From Octopus bimaculoides (lineage: Eukaryota): a stretch of DNA of 36,273 bases. Positions 24,665 through 36,167 of this stretch are shown piece after piece; the first letter of the stretch is position 1; the number at the start of each line of letters is the position of its first letter. The position numbers and the translations under genes were made by a program. A model generated the notes under the pieces. The model worked only from the letters and a program-made list of their open reading frames with translations. It made no database searches and was not told the DNA's origin. Location of the stretch: NCBI RefSeq assembly GCF_001194135.2, contig NC_069001.1, positions 22,223,232-22,259,504 of the forward strand, given 5' to 3'.

Positions 24665-24880
24665 AAGGCGGCGAGTTGTCAGAATCGTTATCACGCCGGT
24701 CAAAATGCTTAGTGGCACTCCGTCCGTCTTTATGTTTTGAGTTCAAGTTCCGTCGAGGTCAACTCTGTCTTTCATCTTTTCGGGGTCAATAAAATTAGCA
24801 CCAGTCTAGCATTAGATCGATATATTCGAATAATCCCTCCCGCGAAATTACTGGCCTTGTGCCAAAACATTTTGAACCAA
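24665..24880 (+). mobile_element. SINE family 2, full length
   Basis: aaggcggcgagttgtcagaatcgtta...gagttcaagttcc...cggggtcaataaaattagcaccag...ctggccttgtgccaaaa. Confidence 0.85.
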
Positions 24881-25143
24881 TATTTGTTCTGGCGAAGGAA
24901 AGCAGCTGTCGTGAAGAAACTCAATTTCAGGACAACGTGTCTTGCAGCAATGAAGATCTGAAGCACTTCCGTCTTTCACATTCTTAAAGGTAATTCAGAA
25001 TTCACTATCTTTATGTCAACTTAGAAGACATTATACGGATATATTTCACTATCCAAGCCCACCATTGCTCACCATTTCGAGGAAACTTATTGCATGCATG
25101 AGAATTTCTCCACGACAATACACGTCCTCACACTCCTCAAACT

Positions 25144-25560
25144 GCTATCACCACCTCCTCCACAGCCACCAGAGTTGGGATTCTTTGAGTCTTTCTATAA
25201 TGTGTTCTCGTTCTGCTACTCATTCAGTTTTGTTTCCTCAAGTCGTGCAGAAAAAAAGGATTCATGTTGATTGTCATGTACAGGTTTCATTGATTGTATC
25301 CATTATTGAAAGACTTAAAGAATCACGGCTGCGGTGGCTGTGGAGGAGGTGGTGATAGCTAGATACGAAAGCAGTTGTTTACTTTGGACAGTAAGCACAA
25401 AGTCCAAAGGAAACAACGGTTGCAGCCTTTTCAAAGCTGTGTCAATCGGATTACTTCCTTGTAAAATCTGGTCCCGTACATAGATGTATCAAAAAGATAA
25501 GCGATGGATACAATCAAACAAACCTGTACATGACAATCAACATGAATCCTTTTTTCTGCA
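25144..25560. repeat. Two interleaved inverted repeats (27-bp and ~57-bp arms)
   Basis: 25144-25170 is the exact reverse complement of 25333-25359. 25246-25303 matches the reverse complement of 25504-25560 with 2 mismatches and 1 indel. Confidence 0.95.
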
Positions 25561-25849
25561 ACTTAATTCCTGTTCTTCGAAAAGTCAAAGCCAAAGTTTG
25601 TACTACTTTTGTTTTATTATTGTATTGCTGAATAGTAATGTCCAGTTAAATGCAATATAATCAGAAGTTTCTATATCTCCCAAGAGCAAGATTCTCAGAC
25701 TCTATTTCACCATGCTATCAAAAGAGTTGTGAACCATCACAATCCCGTTATTTATGTCTTTCTTGGGTAAAGCACAACATCGAATACTGAGTCCTGATAT
25801 AACGATGTTCAGAAAGGTTAAGACTAAGGACGGGTACAGATGTAATATA

Positions 25850-26647
25850 TGAACTGAATTTCATTGCAGCTGTTAATGTCATTCCAGTAGTTTGTCAATT
25901 TTTGAGAGGAGAAATCACTGGGTCTTGACGCTAAGAATTCATCTTAAAAAGTTCATCTTTACGTTCTTGCCGAATGAAACCTTATGCAAACTGTTGGAGA
26001 ACAACTGAAAAGAACGCCAACTCGAAGGAGCTGTATCAGTAGAAATAATTGGGAGCTGTAGAATTCCCTAACCTAGCTCTTGTATATTATTTTTGGTCGA
26101 TTTGGCCTCGTGGAAGGTTAACGTTGTCAGTTTGAAGATGCACGCCGTGCCGCCGGTCGGTTCACCTGGGCAGGATTGCCTATCGAATGATGGTGTCGAG
26201 CAATAGTATCATGAAACTATTCTATCTACTGGATCAATTCTCTAGTGGATTGGTGCGGATCCCCTTGGATGAGATCGTTCAGTCAATCTTCGTTGAACTG
26301 ACCAGGATACGAGGAATACTTGAGAGCGAATTTCCACGCCTTCAAGCGTGAAAACCACTTCTGAGCAATTCTTTCAGTAATAGCACCTTCTCTGCACGCT
26401 GCAAAATTGCTGGTAAATTTGGAAACTTGATTGAAAGTGAAAAGGAACAGTTATCGAAAATGTTTATTTTTTTCTACTTGGCACTCCATTGCCAAATGTC
26501 TAAAAAAACATAAAAATTTATTCAAATTTCAAAAACGATTAACAACATTTACAGATTATGAATAGGAAAAAAATTGATTGAAATATTTTTCGAGTTAATT
26601 CAATTATGAATGAAAAGAAGCGAGTGAACTTATCTCACAACCCAACA
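25850..26647 (-). mobile_element. Internally deleted mariner element
   Basis: 5' TIR-like tgttgggttgtgagataagttc at 26647, ATG at 26489 (MECQVEK), then GAITERIAQKWFSRLK..LNDLIQGDPHQSTREL. The sequence then jumps to the C-terminal RHGVHLQTDN../QELG../NDINSCNE region, so the central catalytic part is missing. Confidence 0.85.
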
Positions 26648-26651
26648 CTTA

Positions 26652-26876
26652 CCAGAGAATGCCGAAAATTTCCTAGTTTTAAGGGTATCGTGAAAGGCCA
26701 GGTCGAAAGTCCAAACTTCCGAGTTCTTTTACAGGGCTTAGAAAAACTGATGAACCGCTGCAATAAGTGTGTGAATCTGAGAGGAGAATATATAGAATAA
26801 AATCATAATCAAATGATCCTTTAATATTTTCTTTTACACAAAGCCAGGAACTTTTCACCCCCACCCCCACACCTCG
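26652..26876 (+). mobile_element. Mariner-derived MITE, copy 1 (degraded)
   Basis: TA-flanked, with decayed TIRs (..gccgaaaatttcctagtttt / aaagccaggaacttttc..cctcg). It carries the transposase end QGLEKLMNRCNKCVNLRGEYIE* and is an inverted homolog of 35937-36167. Confidence 0.75.
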
Positions 26877-28407
26877 TAGATGATGTCGTGATCATAAAAC
26901 ATCTAATCAGAAATACCTGCACAGTGACGACTACGTTGCATTACTTGAAGGAATAATTTAGGGTAATGCATGTGGAACATCTCCTCTTGACACTGCAACA
27001 GTAAAATGTAGACTTCACTACTCTTGGTCGACAAGTAATGAGGGTGTAGCTAATTAAATATGCAGTATAACTATTACTATGCAAGACCCCCATAAATTAT
27101 GAAACTTAAATCTGTCACTGACTGACAGAGATATGTCTCTGTAAATAGCATCAAAGATTTATACGATGGCATACGCTTATGTATACGAAGTGTTATTCGT
27201 CTCTTAATTATATATTAGTGTTATGGCGCGGTCACTAATGAAAAGTTCACCTAGTAAATTATTTTATTTGCTAAAAAAATGTTGAAACCTAGGTCTGACC
27301 GGAATAAAATAACAAGGTAAAAGATTTTATTTCTCATTCCTTTTGAAGATTGCTCTTAAATGTGGTTTTGGTCGTTTTGACTACTTCTTCTAGCGTGTAA
27401 AAACTGCCTATTGAAGGCAGTTTTCTCTTGTGTTTAAATCTACACTATTTTATATGTATACATATATATATATATATATATATANNNNNNNNNNNNNNNN
27501 NNNNNNNNNNNNNNNNNNNNNNNNNNNNNNNNNNNNNNNNNNNNNNNNNNNNNNNNNNNNNNNNNNNNNNNNNNNNNNNNNNNNNNNNNNNNNNNNNNNN
27601 NNNNNNNNNNNNNNNNNNNNNNNNNNNNNNNNNNNNNNNNNNNNNNNNNNNNNNNNNNNNNNNNNNNNNNNNNNNNNNNNNNNNNNNNNNNNNNNNNNNN
27701 NNNNNNNNNNNNNNNNNNNNNNNNNNNNNNNNNNNNNNNNNNNNNNNNNNNNNNNNNNNNNNNNNNNNNNNNNNNNNNNNNNNNNNNNNNNNNNNNNNNN
27801 NNNNNNNNNNNNNNNNNNNNNNNNNNNNNNNNNNNNNNNNNNNNNNNNNNNNNNNNNNNNNNNNNNNNNNNNNNNNNNNNNNNNNNNNNNNNNNNNNNNN
27901 NNNNNNNNNNNNNNNNNNNNNNNNNNNNNNNNNNNNNNNNNNNNNNNNNNNNNNNNNNNNNNNNNNNNNNNNNNNNNNNNNNNNNNNNNNNNNNNNNNNN
28001 NNNNNNNNNNNNNNNNNNNNNNNNNNNNNNNNNNNNNNNNNNNNNNNNNNNNNNNNNNNNNNNNNNNNNNNNNNNNNNNNNNNNNNNNNNNNNNNNNNNN
28101 NNNNNNNNNNNNNNNNNNNNNNNNNNNNNNNNNNNNNNNNNNNNNNNNNNNNNNNNNNNNNNNNNNNNNNNNNNNNNNNNNNNNNNNNNNNNNNNNNNNN
28201 NNNNNNNNNNNNNNNNNNNNNNNNNNNNNNNNNNNNNNNNNNNNNNNNNNNNNNNNNNNNNNNNNNNNNNNNNNNNNNNNNNNNNNNNNNNNNNNNNNNN
28301 NNNNNNNNNNNNNNNNNNNNNNNNNNNNNNNNNNNNNNNNNNNNNNNNNNNNNNNNNNNNNNNNNNNNNNNNNNNNNNNNNNNNNNNNNNNNNNNNNNNN
28401 NNNNNNN

Positions 28408-28540
28408 ACACACATATATATGTATGTATTTATGTATGTATTTATGTATGTATTTATGTATGTATTTATGTATGTATTTATGTACGTATGTATGTATGTA
28501 TGTATGCATGCATGTATGTATGTATGTATGTATGTATGTA
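28408..28540. repeat. (TATG)n / (TATTTATGTATG)n array
   Basis: Directly visible. Confidence 0.9.
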
Positions 28541-28786
28541 GCTGAAGAAGACTACTCAAATAACAAACGTATTTGACAACAAACATATATGAAGAGTCCG
28601 AAACCTAGGTTGTTCATTTATCTAATGTTCTTCCTTGGGGCAAGACGAATTTTTTATATTCGCTGCCCTCACATCTTTAGCAGTATGTGCATAGTGAAGC
28701 TTTACTATAACATCATAAATTTATCAACTGCTATTTCCAGTAAACATTAATGCCTTGTTGTACCACTTTTCTTTCTCGCTCTCTCG

Positions 28787-28853
<67 letters not shown>

Positions 28854-29241
28854 TGTGTATCCTAAAATCTCCCATCATTAGACGATGTATGAGGGTTCGG
28901 CAATTTCTTACTAACGGATGTCTTTAATTGAGCTTGNNNNNNNNNNNNNNNNNNNNNNNNNNNNNNNNNNNNNNNNNNNNNNNNNNNNNNNNNNNNNNNN
29001 NNNNNNNNNNNNNNNNNNNNNNNNNNNNNNNNNNNNNNNNNNNNNNNNNNNNNNNNNNNNNNNNNNNNNNNNNNNNNNNNNNNNNNNNNNNNNNNNNNNN
29101 NNNNNNNNNNNNNNNNNNNNNNNNNNNNNNNNNNNNNNNNNNNNNNNNNNNNNNNNNNNNNNNNNNNNNNNNNNNNNNNNNNNNNNNNNNNNNNNNNNNN
29201 NNNNNNNNNNNNNNNNNNNNNNNNNNNNNNNNNNNNNNNNN

Positions 29242-29308
<67 letters not shown>

Positions 29309-29799
29309 TGTGTATCCTAAAATCTCCCATCATTAGACGATGTATGAGGGTTCGGCAATTTCTTACTAACGGATGTCTTTAATTGAGCTTGTAAGTTTTG
29401 ATATTTTCTTGTCACACAAACGGATATTACAATTTTGTTTTGGAACATTTTATTACTGAACCTGCTTGGCGGGTGAAGCTTTTTTCTTTGATTATAGAAG
29501 TTCACACCTTTGGGGGCGTAATTTATATCGTAATTTGTGCATTGTTTTTCGAGTTTTAACACACTCAATTGTTTACTTTCAATCATGTTTTGGAGAGGAC
29601 AACCACTCCCAAGTCGAGGATTGCGAAAAAATATTTCCTCCTCACCCCTTTTGTGAACAAAAGGAAAGCAATGGCATTGAAAACTAACACATACAAATAC
29701 CAACGCCACCACAACCAGCAACGCTAGTGAAACACATGGAAAACACAAGAACAATAAAAACGAAAGTCGAGGCTTCGCATCCGCTGCAGAAGTTAACTA

Positions 29800-30620
29800 A
29801 GAGACACTAAACATAAGTGTCGAAGAGTTAAAAACGTTCGATTCCTTTCCTCATGGCTGAGTCGGTGGATACAACCACTCTTTCCTTCCAGGTGCCTTCC
29901 CATAATGAAAGCTTCCGGGTTAATTGTGTATGTTTCACTGTTGATGTTTGTACAGTATTCTTTTTCTTGGCCACGATATATTAAGATTAATTTTACTCTT
30001 TACATTTCAGATTTTAGACCAGAATAGCTCAAGATCTTTTTGAGAGGGGAGCTTCGGAACAATAATGTTTTCCTTTCGCATCTCTCTGTATAATGCCTGT
30101 CAGTTGGAAGCAGACTTGTGATTTATACAGCTGCATTCAAACACTTGCTTGCGGTAGTGGAGTTTTTCGCTCAGTTATCTGAGTTGGTGCTTTAGAGAAA
30201 TTAACTTTCCCCTCAAGAGCTTGGTGTGAAGATTCACCATAAAGTTTTGATAATTCATGCATAAGATGTAATTGTTGAGGTGTAGACCCTATATATTTTA
30301 TCATTGTGATTAACCATCCAATATGATGGTGCAGATTGCTGTTTTCTTCAAGTTTTCCATGTACATTGCTTTCGTTTAGTAATTCCGTTACCATGTATAC
30401 TGCAGATTTCTACTAATTTTTCTTTAATAGAGATAGCAGCTGTGTATATGATGGTATTGGCATTCCAGTTATTAACATCACATGCTATAATGTCACTTGT
30501 GAAGTCTCTCTTGAGTGGTTCTGGTAACATGGAATCCAGTACAACCTGTTGTATGGTTGGGTCGTTAGTGACTGAATCAGTATTTCCACTAAGCTTGCCT
30601 CGTGAGTAGGGTTACAAGAA
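29800..30620 (-). mobile_element. R4/Dong-like (REL) non-LTR retrotransposon remnant, pre-RT region
   Basis: Minus-strand remnants NNWNANTIIYTAAISIKEKL, ALYREMRKENIIVPKLPSQKDLELFWSKI*N and GKAPG resemble the R4-clade FYR..P...FWxxIW and WKAPG blocks. Stops and frameshifts throughout. Confidence 0.65.
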
Positions 30621-30779
30621 ACTCATCAGGACCAAAAACAAGACCTGTCAAAGAACGGTTAAACCTAGTGTAGCTTCAACGGCTATCTAACCATAGCAAG
30701 GGTCCTCAGAAATTCCGGTTTGTTATCTGCGTGCTGGAAGACTACTGGGAGTGAGGTGCCCCTTAGCTTTTGTTAACGA

Positions 30780-31150
30780 TTTCGCTAGAACCCACCTCAA
30801 ATCCCGGTTACATCTGCTCAGATAACCGGCGGTGACGTGGTCAGCGAATCCTCTGCGACGGTCGTCAATCAACGGCAAGACGAGGTGTTACGAATCGCAC
30901 TATCCCAGTGTGTAAGCATTTGATCAGCGACGACTTGTATTCCCACTAAAACTCCGAACTTGAACTCTACACCTCAACAGCGAATGATAATACGGCTACG
31001 ACTTCAGCGCTACAGCCTCGACTGCAGTCGACCGACAGTATTCGTGAAGGACGTGGTAAAATCGTTGGTCGGACCCGACTTAACCCAACCCAGATGGATG
31101 CCTCCGCAATTACAAGTAGATCCGAGCTACTTGAGGATTCGAAAATAGAA
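30780..31150 (+). mobile_element. Possible Gypsy-type LTR-retrotransposon pol remnant
   Basis: TWSANPLRRSSINGKTRCY is similar to the PWASP..KxGxxRLC block. NSTPQQRMIIRLRLQRYSLD is similar to the RNase H end RLQRxxLRLQxY. Confidence 0.45.
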
Positions 31151-31579
31151 ATTTAAATAAATTTGGAAATGCACCCACAAATACTGACAACCACTACATT
31201 TGAATGTTCCGACAAAAATTAATATTTAGTCAAAATAAATTAACGGATATAAAATTTATAATTTTGAAATATTTATTGTTATCGTGTGTTAATAATGGAT
31301 ATTAAGAGTGGACCAATTATTACACTTCTTGTTATTAATTTATTTTCACAATAGCTCTTATGTATAAATTCAATTTATTGCCTTTTTATTCACACCATAG
31401 CATCATTGCAGTAGTTTATATTAAATATAAAGATAAAGAAACTTGCAATAAAATTAATTTTGTGCTCTTACCAATACTTGATGTCATACTTTACAGCACT
31501 TATATTAGAAAATAATTACGTAAAAAGGTACAGTACTTAGTTGATATTTAACTTATATTTGTATATATTCTAAATGCTG

Positions 31580-31633
31580 CTTCACGTGAATTAATTGTAG
31601 CTACTGTAGTCGCTACAATTAATTCACGTGAAG
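31580..31633. repeat. Perfect 22-bp inverted repeat with a 10-nt spacer
   Basis: CTTCACGTGAATTAATTGTAGC-tactgtagtc-GCTACAATTAATTCACGTGAAG. Confidence 0.97.
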
Positions 31634-31712
31634 TTTTCCCTACCTCTCAGCATATATACTTAGGAATACAATCAAGTGACTAATATTTGCATCACACGCC
31701 CTAGTTTGTGTG

Positions 31713-31813
<101 letters not shown>

Positions 31814-31840
31814 TCAGTGTGTTTCTTTGTGTGTTTGTAT

Positions 31841-31894
31841 TTTTTAATTTTTATAGTTTCAGCTTAGAGCTGCGGCCATGCTGATGCACCGCCG
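31841..31894 (-). mobile_element. 5'-truncated SINE family 1 insertion with a 5-bp TSD (TGTAT)
   Basis: T-rich tail plus gtttcag..ctgcggccatgctg..gcaccgcc matches 725-773. It is absent from the paralogous copy at 32974. Confidence 0.8.
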
Positions 31895-32110
31895 TGTATG
31901 TGTGTCAATTTAAAACCATATGCATTATTTGTCCTTGCAATGGCCAAATAAAATAACATCCATTTTCAAATAGTGAGCAACATTATATTTAAATTCAGAT
32001 TTTAAAAATATTTATGAATTTATATATAAAAAAAAACAATTGGTGAAAAGAGTTAAGGAGAGAGATGTCATTTAAGAAAACATGAGACCTGAAAAATGTG
32101 AAATAGAAAG

Positions 32111-32169
32111 GGAATGAGAAGTACACATAGGGAATGAGAAGTACACATAGGGAATGAGAAGTACACATA
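32111..32169. repeat. 20-bp tandem repeat x3 (GGAATGAGAAGTACACATAG)
   Basis: Directly visible. Confidence 0.95.
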
Positions 32170-32871
32170 AAAGAAACACATAGAATGTTGTATGTATTAT
32201 GAAGTGAATCGAAAGAATACGTCACAAAATAATATAAATTCCAATAAAAAAAACATTTTCTTACATCTAACATCTTCAATGAAATTTATGATATATTTCT
32301 TCTTTAAAGACGCCACTGTCATTCTCTAAATTAATCCATAGTCGATTTTTGTGACTGCTACAACATTGAATTCATGTAGATTTTTAAATGTATATTTGTC
32401 TTAATCAGTTAAATTGTAAACTGCCAAGAAACAATATGTGGATATATGTTTAGAAGTAGGCACAATTACATTCACGTGTATTAGTATAATATTAGCTGCC
32501 ATTTTTCCTTTGCAGGTTTCTTAACAGGTATTCAAAGAGTCAAGTCTCCATAAATTTGTCCACGCGTATGTCCGATAGGATATAAACATATTTTACCTCA
32601 CTGAAGTTCGCTTATGCTTAAACACTGATTGGCGTTTTTACTGTTGAATTTCTTCCGACCTGGCAGTTCCATAGCGCAATTTAATATTATATAGGAGAGT
32701 ATTGTAGTTCGCTTGAAGCATTGTGTATTGTTTGTAAATAATAAAGGGTTTAGAATGGTACAACAATGCACTATAAAACAAAAAATGGACTATATACCTG
32801 TTGTAATTTGGTTATTTATAGTCCGATGATATTTCGGAATAACAAATCCTTCTTCTCTGCTATAAACAGAG

Positions 32872-32951
<80 letters not shown>

Positions 32952-33031
32952 TCAGTGTGTTTCATTGTGTGTTTGTATGTGTGTCAATTTAAAACCATAT
33001 TCATTATTTGTCCTTGCAATATAATATAAAT

Positions 33032-33100
33032 ATTATATACTTTGTTATGATACAGATTATATACTTTGTTATGATACAGATTATATACTTTGTTATGATA
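33032..33100. repeat. 24-bp tandem repeat x~2.9 (ATTATATACTTTGTTATGATACAG)
   Basis: Directly visible. Confidence 0.95.
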
Positions 33101-33109
33101 TCCCAACTG

Positions 33110-33528
33110 ATATTTTTTTTTCTCCTCACGCCTTTTGCATTTTTTCTCCTCACGTCTTATCCTTTTTTTCTCCCCACACCTTTTGAATTTTTCCTCCCCA
33201 CGTTTTTATTTACCTTCTCTCTTTCCCCCTTTTCCCACTTTTCCCCCTTTTTTCTCCTTTCTTTCTCTTCTCGTGTTACATCATGCCCGATTACAAACCT
33301 TTCCTCCTTCCCCTCCACCACCGACTAAAACAACACCTTTGTATACTTCCTTTCCGCTGCTTTCAGCCTTCTATTAACCTTTCCCTACTAATTAAAAAAA
33401 AAACACGCTTCTTCTGCCACATTTCGTTTCTCAGTCGCTGCTTGCATCACCGCCTCATCCCTAAAGGTTTCCGCCTCTATTTCCACACAACACCACATCA
33501 CAATGTTTTTTGGCAGTTTACAATTTAA
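33110..33528 (+). mobile_element. Probable Penelope-like element, 5' region and ORF start remnant
   Basis: A CT-rich leader is followed by an ORF containing HISFLSRCLHHRLIPKGFRL, like the Penelope N-terminal HxxFLxxCxxxxxIPKG motif. Confidence 0.55.
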
Positions 33529-33544
33529 CTGATTAAGACAAATA

Positions 33545-33558
33545 GTAGAAGCAGCAGC

Positions 33559-33593
<35 letters not shown>

Positions 33594-33720
33594 AAGCAGC
33601 AGCAGCAGTAGTAATAGCGGCAGCAGCAGCAGCAGCAGTGGTGGTAGCGGCAGCAGCAACAGCAGTATTAGCGGCAGCAGCAATGGTAGTAACGGCAGCA
33701 GCAACAGTAGTAGTAGTATT
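33545..33720. repeat. Mixed (AGT)n/(GCA)n trinucleotide tract
   Basis: Directly visible. Confidence 0.9.
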
Positions 33721-34309
33721 AGAACTTTAACACGAAATAACTTTGAAAATACAAACTTTTCTCAATAGCACTAAGAGTAAAAGATGTTTTATATGACACA
33801 TTCTACCTGTGTTCGAAGTTTGAAAGTGTTTAGTTACAAAAAATTAATTTCTCGATGTGCCGTTCAAAGGGTAAGGATCCATATATATGTATATATACCT
33901 ACAGAAGTAGGTGAAATTATATTGTGCAATAGAAATGTATACAGGATCAAAGGGTCACCATGTGGACAAACCACATCAGGTCATCAAGCTCGTACCGAGA
34001 CAATATTCTGTAAGCCAGTAGATTGGGATTACGTAAGCCATTCGCATTTGTCTACACAGACCACAAAATAATTTGAGATCTGTACGATCGACCTAGAAAA
34101 GTTTCATGAGTAGAGACCCAGTTATTGGCAGCTGTGCGCCAAAAAAAAAGGCGATTAGATTAGAATCATTAATATTTAGTAAGGAAGTGGTGATAAGAAA
34201 AAAAAAAGGAATTTAGTTAGTAATATGAAATTTAATAAGTAATGAAAAATTTAAATGGCATCGCGAACGGCGTGCTTGCATGAAGTCTGCGATGCCAGGG
34301 CTAAGGTGC

Positions 34310-34432
34310 GTACTCTAAAACGAAGGAATTAAAGCCGTTCCTTGGTCCCGGGTAGTGGAGACCTAACGGAGCAACAGAACCACAATTTGGTCATTGATGA
34401 CCGGTGATGAACACATATTTATTGATTCCAAG
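34310..34432 (+). mobile_element. Possible mariner transposase scrap
   Basis: RSLVPG..DLTEQQ and SLMTGDETHIY resemble the WVPxxLT and VTGDETW motifs. Confidence 0.45.
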
Positions 34433-34434
34433 TT

Positions 34435-34655
34435 GACGCATGCGGTTGAATCATTAGACCTCCAGAAAAACGCTTTGCAGTATTTCTTTCGACTCTCATC
34501 ATTCTGTGTTGAAATACGAAGTCAGTTTTGCATTTAATACTTTCAGTGGGGTCGATAAAATAAAGCACCAGTCACGTATTGAGGTAGATGTAATCGACTC
34601 TTTCACCTCCTCTCAGAATCGCTGGCCTTGTACCAAAAGGGGAAAGAACTTTTGT
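34435..34655 (+). mobile_element. SINE family 2, degraded
   Basis: ggggtcgataaaataaagcaccagtcacgtattgaggtagatgtaatcgac...gctggccttgtaccaaaa. Confidence 0.75.
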
Positions 34656-35089
34656 TATAACAAGACAAATTCGCTTAGCTGCTCATTTTCTATGCGTCAT
34701 TTAGCACAGACTAGCTGATTATATCTGTTTCCTTTAACAATTTTCAGTTTTCTCCATAAATTTCACGATAGCAGACGTGAAATTTGTATAGATCTGTAAT
34801 AATTGCTATATTTCGCTTGATATTAGAATCTTGGAACACGGATAAGAAACCTGGGTTTCGATGGGAGAAAAGTATTGTCTAACTCTTAAGAATAAAAGCC
34901 AAACAGATGTTTCTTTTGTTAAATCTTCAACTTTTTCCATAATATTTCTCCATTCTCGTGAAATTTTCATTTGTGATATATTAGTAAAGCGACCGAAACA
35001 GATGATTAATGACATTCCTACAGGAACCTAGCTGCAATCTATTAGCAATAACAATGATCCCTTTCCCTTTATTTTTACAATTTATATTT

Positions 35090-35700
35090 CTTCGAATCCC
35101 TCAGAATTATCAATAAATTGAAGGCAGGATTCCAAACGTCTTTCACAGTTGCTTCTGTAAATAATTCCACACCCCTGTTATTAGTTTTACGCCACACAGA
35201 CCATTGTATGGTTTTGCATATTTCTTCTAGTTTTGGGTCCCATCTTTTATCTATAACATTTCTTAACTGATCAAATGGGTGTCAAAGATAAAATGTTTTA
35301 AACGATACAATAATGCTTTGGTGCGTTGTTTGCAGAAATGATATTGTATTTGACAGCATAAACATTAATCTAACATTTGGATGGTAATGTTGTAGAGATT
35401 GTGGATGGTAATGTTGTAGAGATTGTGGATGGCAAGTTGCATTATCTATGATCAAAGGCATATGAAATTAAATATTTTTATCTTCACATTATCTATAATT
35501 ACTTCAGATACAAAGCGATGCAAAAAATCAATCTTTACAATGGCGGTATCACAAACATCTTTTATTTGCCTGCAATATATGACTGGAAGTGTAGCATTTA
35601 GGAGGCCTCTAAGTGCCCTTGGCTTTTAACATAGTCTCCCGTCATATTACCTCCAAACAATGTAACCGATTTCAACGACTTCAACATTGATACTTTGTGT
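35090..35700 (-). mobile_element. Tigger/pogo-type DDE transposase remnant
   Basis: Minus strand reads LPVIYCRQIKDVCDTAIVKIDFLHRFVSEV / LIIDNATCHPQSLQHYHPQSLQHYHPNVRLMFMLSNTISFLQTTHQSIIVSFKTFYL. This matches the Tigger LLDNAPGHP...FLPPNTTSLIQPxDQGII..FK block. Confidence 0.75.
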
Positions 35701-35936
35701 TTGCTTTTCATTTGCAATATATCTTCTTGTTGGCATGCGCTAACGTAATAGGCCCATTACATCTATATTAACAATTTGTGCACGTGAGTCGCCATATTCT
35801 TTTCTTTCTAATATTTTTCAAGATCACATTCATTACTTTGTTAATAATATTTGCAGCTTTTCTTGTTACGTTACTGTTACGTTACGTTTATTTGGGTGTG
35901 AATACATCCATACATACAGTCATACACACATACATA

Positions 35937-36167
35937 TGAGGTGATGCTGAAAAGTTCCTGGCTTTGGATAAAAATAAATACAGGAGGATCAGTTAATTAT
36001 GATTTTATTCAACATATCCCCCTCTCAATTCACACACTTATTGCAGCAGTCCTGTAGTTATTAAACCGTGCAAAAGAACACGGAAGGTTGAGTTTCCCAC
36101 CAGGAGTTTCCCACCAGGTTGAGTTTCGCGAAATCCTTAAAGCCAGGAACTTTTCAGCACCTCCTCG
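35937..36167 (-). mobile_element. Mariner-derived MITE, copy 2 (231 bp)
   Basis: 29-bp TIRs tgaggtgatgctgaaaagttcctggcttt / aaagccaggaacttttcagcacctcctcg (26/29 identical), with TA on the left flank. The interior carries the transposase 3' end. Confidence 0.9.

Noticed and set aside
27428-28586. Longest ORFs in the track (320-380 aa) and similar ones at 2642, 21276, 23604, 28911
   Set aside because: They consist of X residues from N-gaps.
28788-29391. ~150-bp exact direct repeat flanking the 28937-29241 gap
   Set aside because: The copies are identical apart from microsatellite length and straddle an N-run. This is most likely an allelic/contig-overlap assembly artefact.
29892-30040. Apparent plus-strand exons (ttccttccag|GTG… and tttacatttcag|ATT…)
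   Set aside because: They lie antisense within the R4-like remnant, and the second closes in all three frames within 11 codons.
32111-33100. 20-bp and 24-bp repeats as possible CRISPR-like arrays
   Set aside because: They are head-to-tail tandem units without spacers, in eukaryotic DNA with no cas genes.
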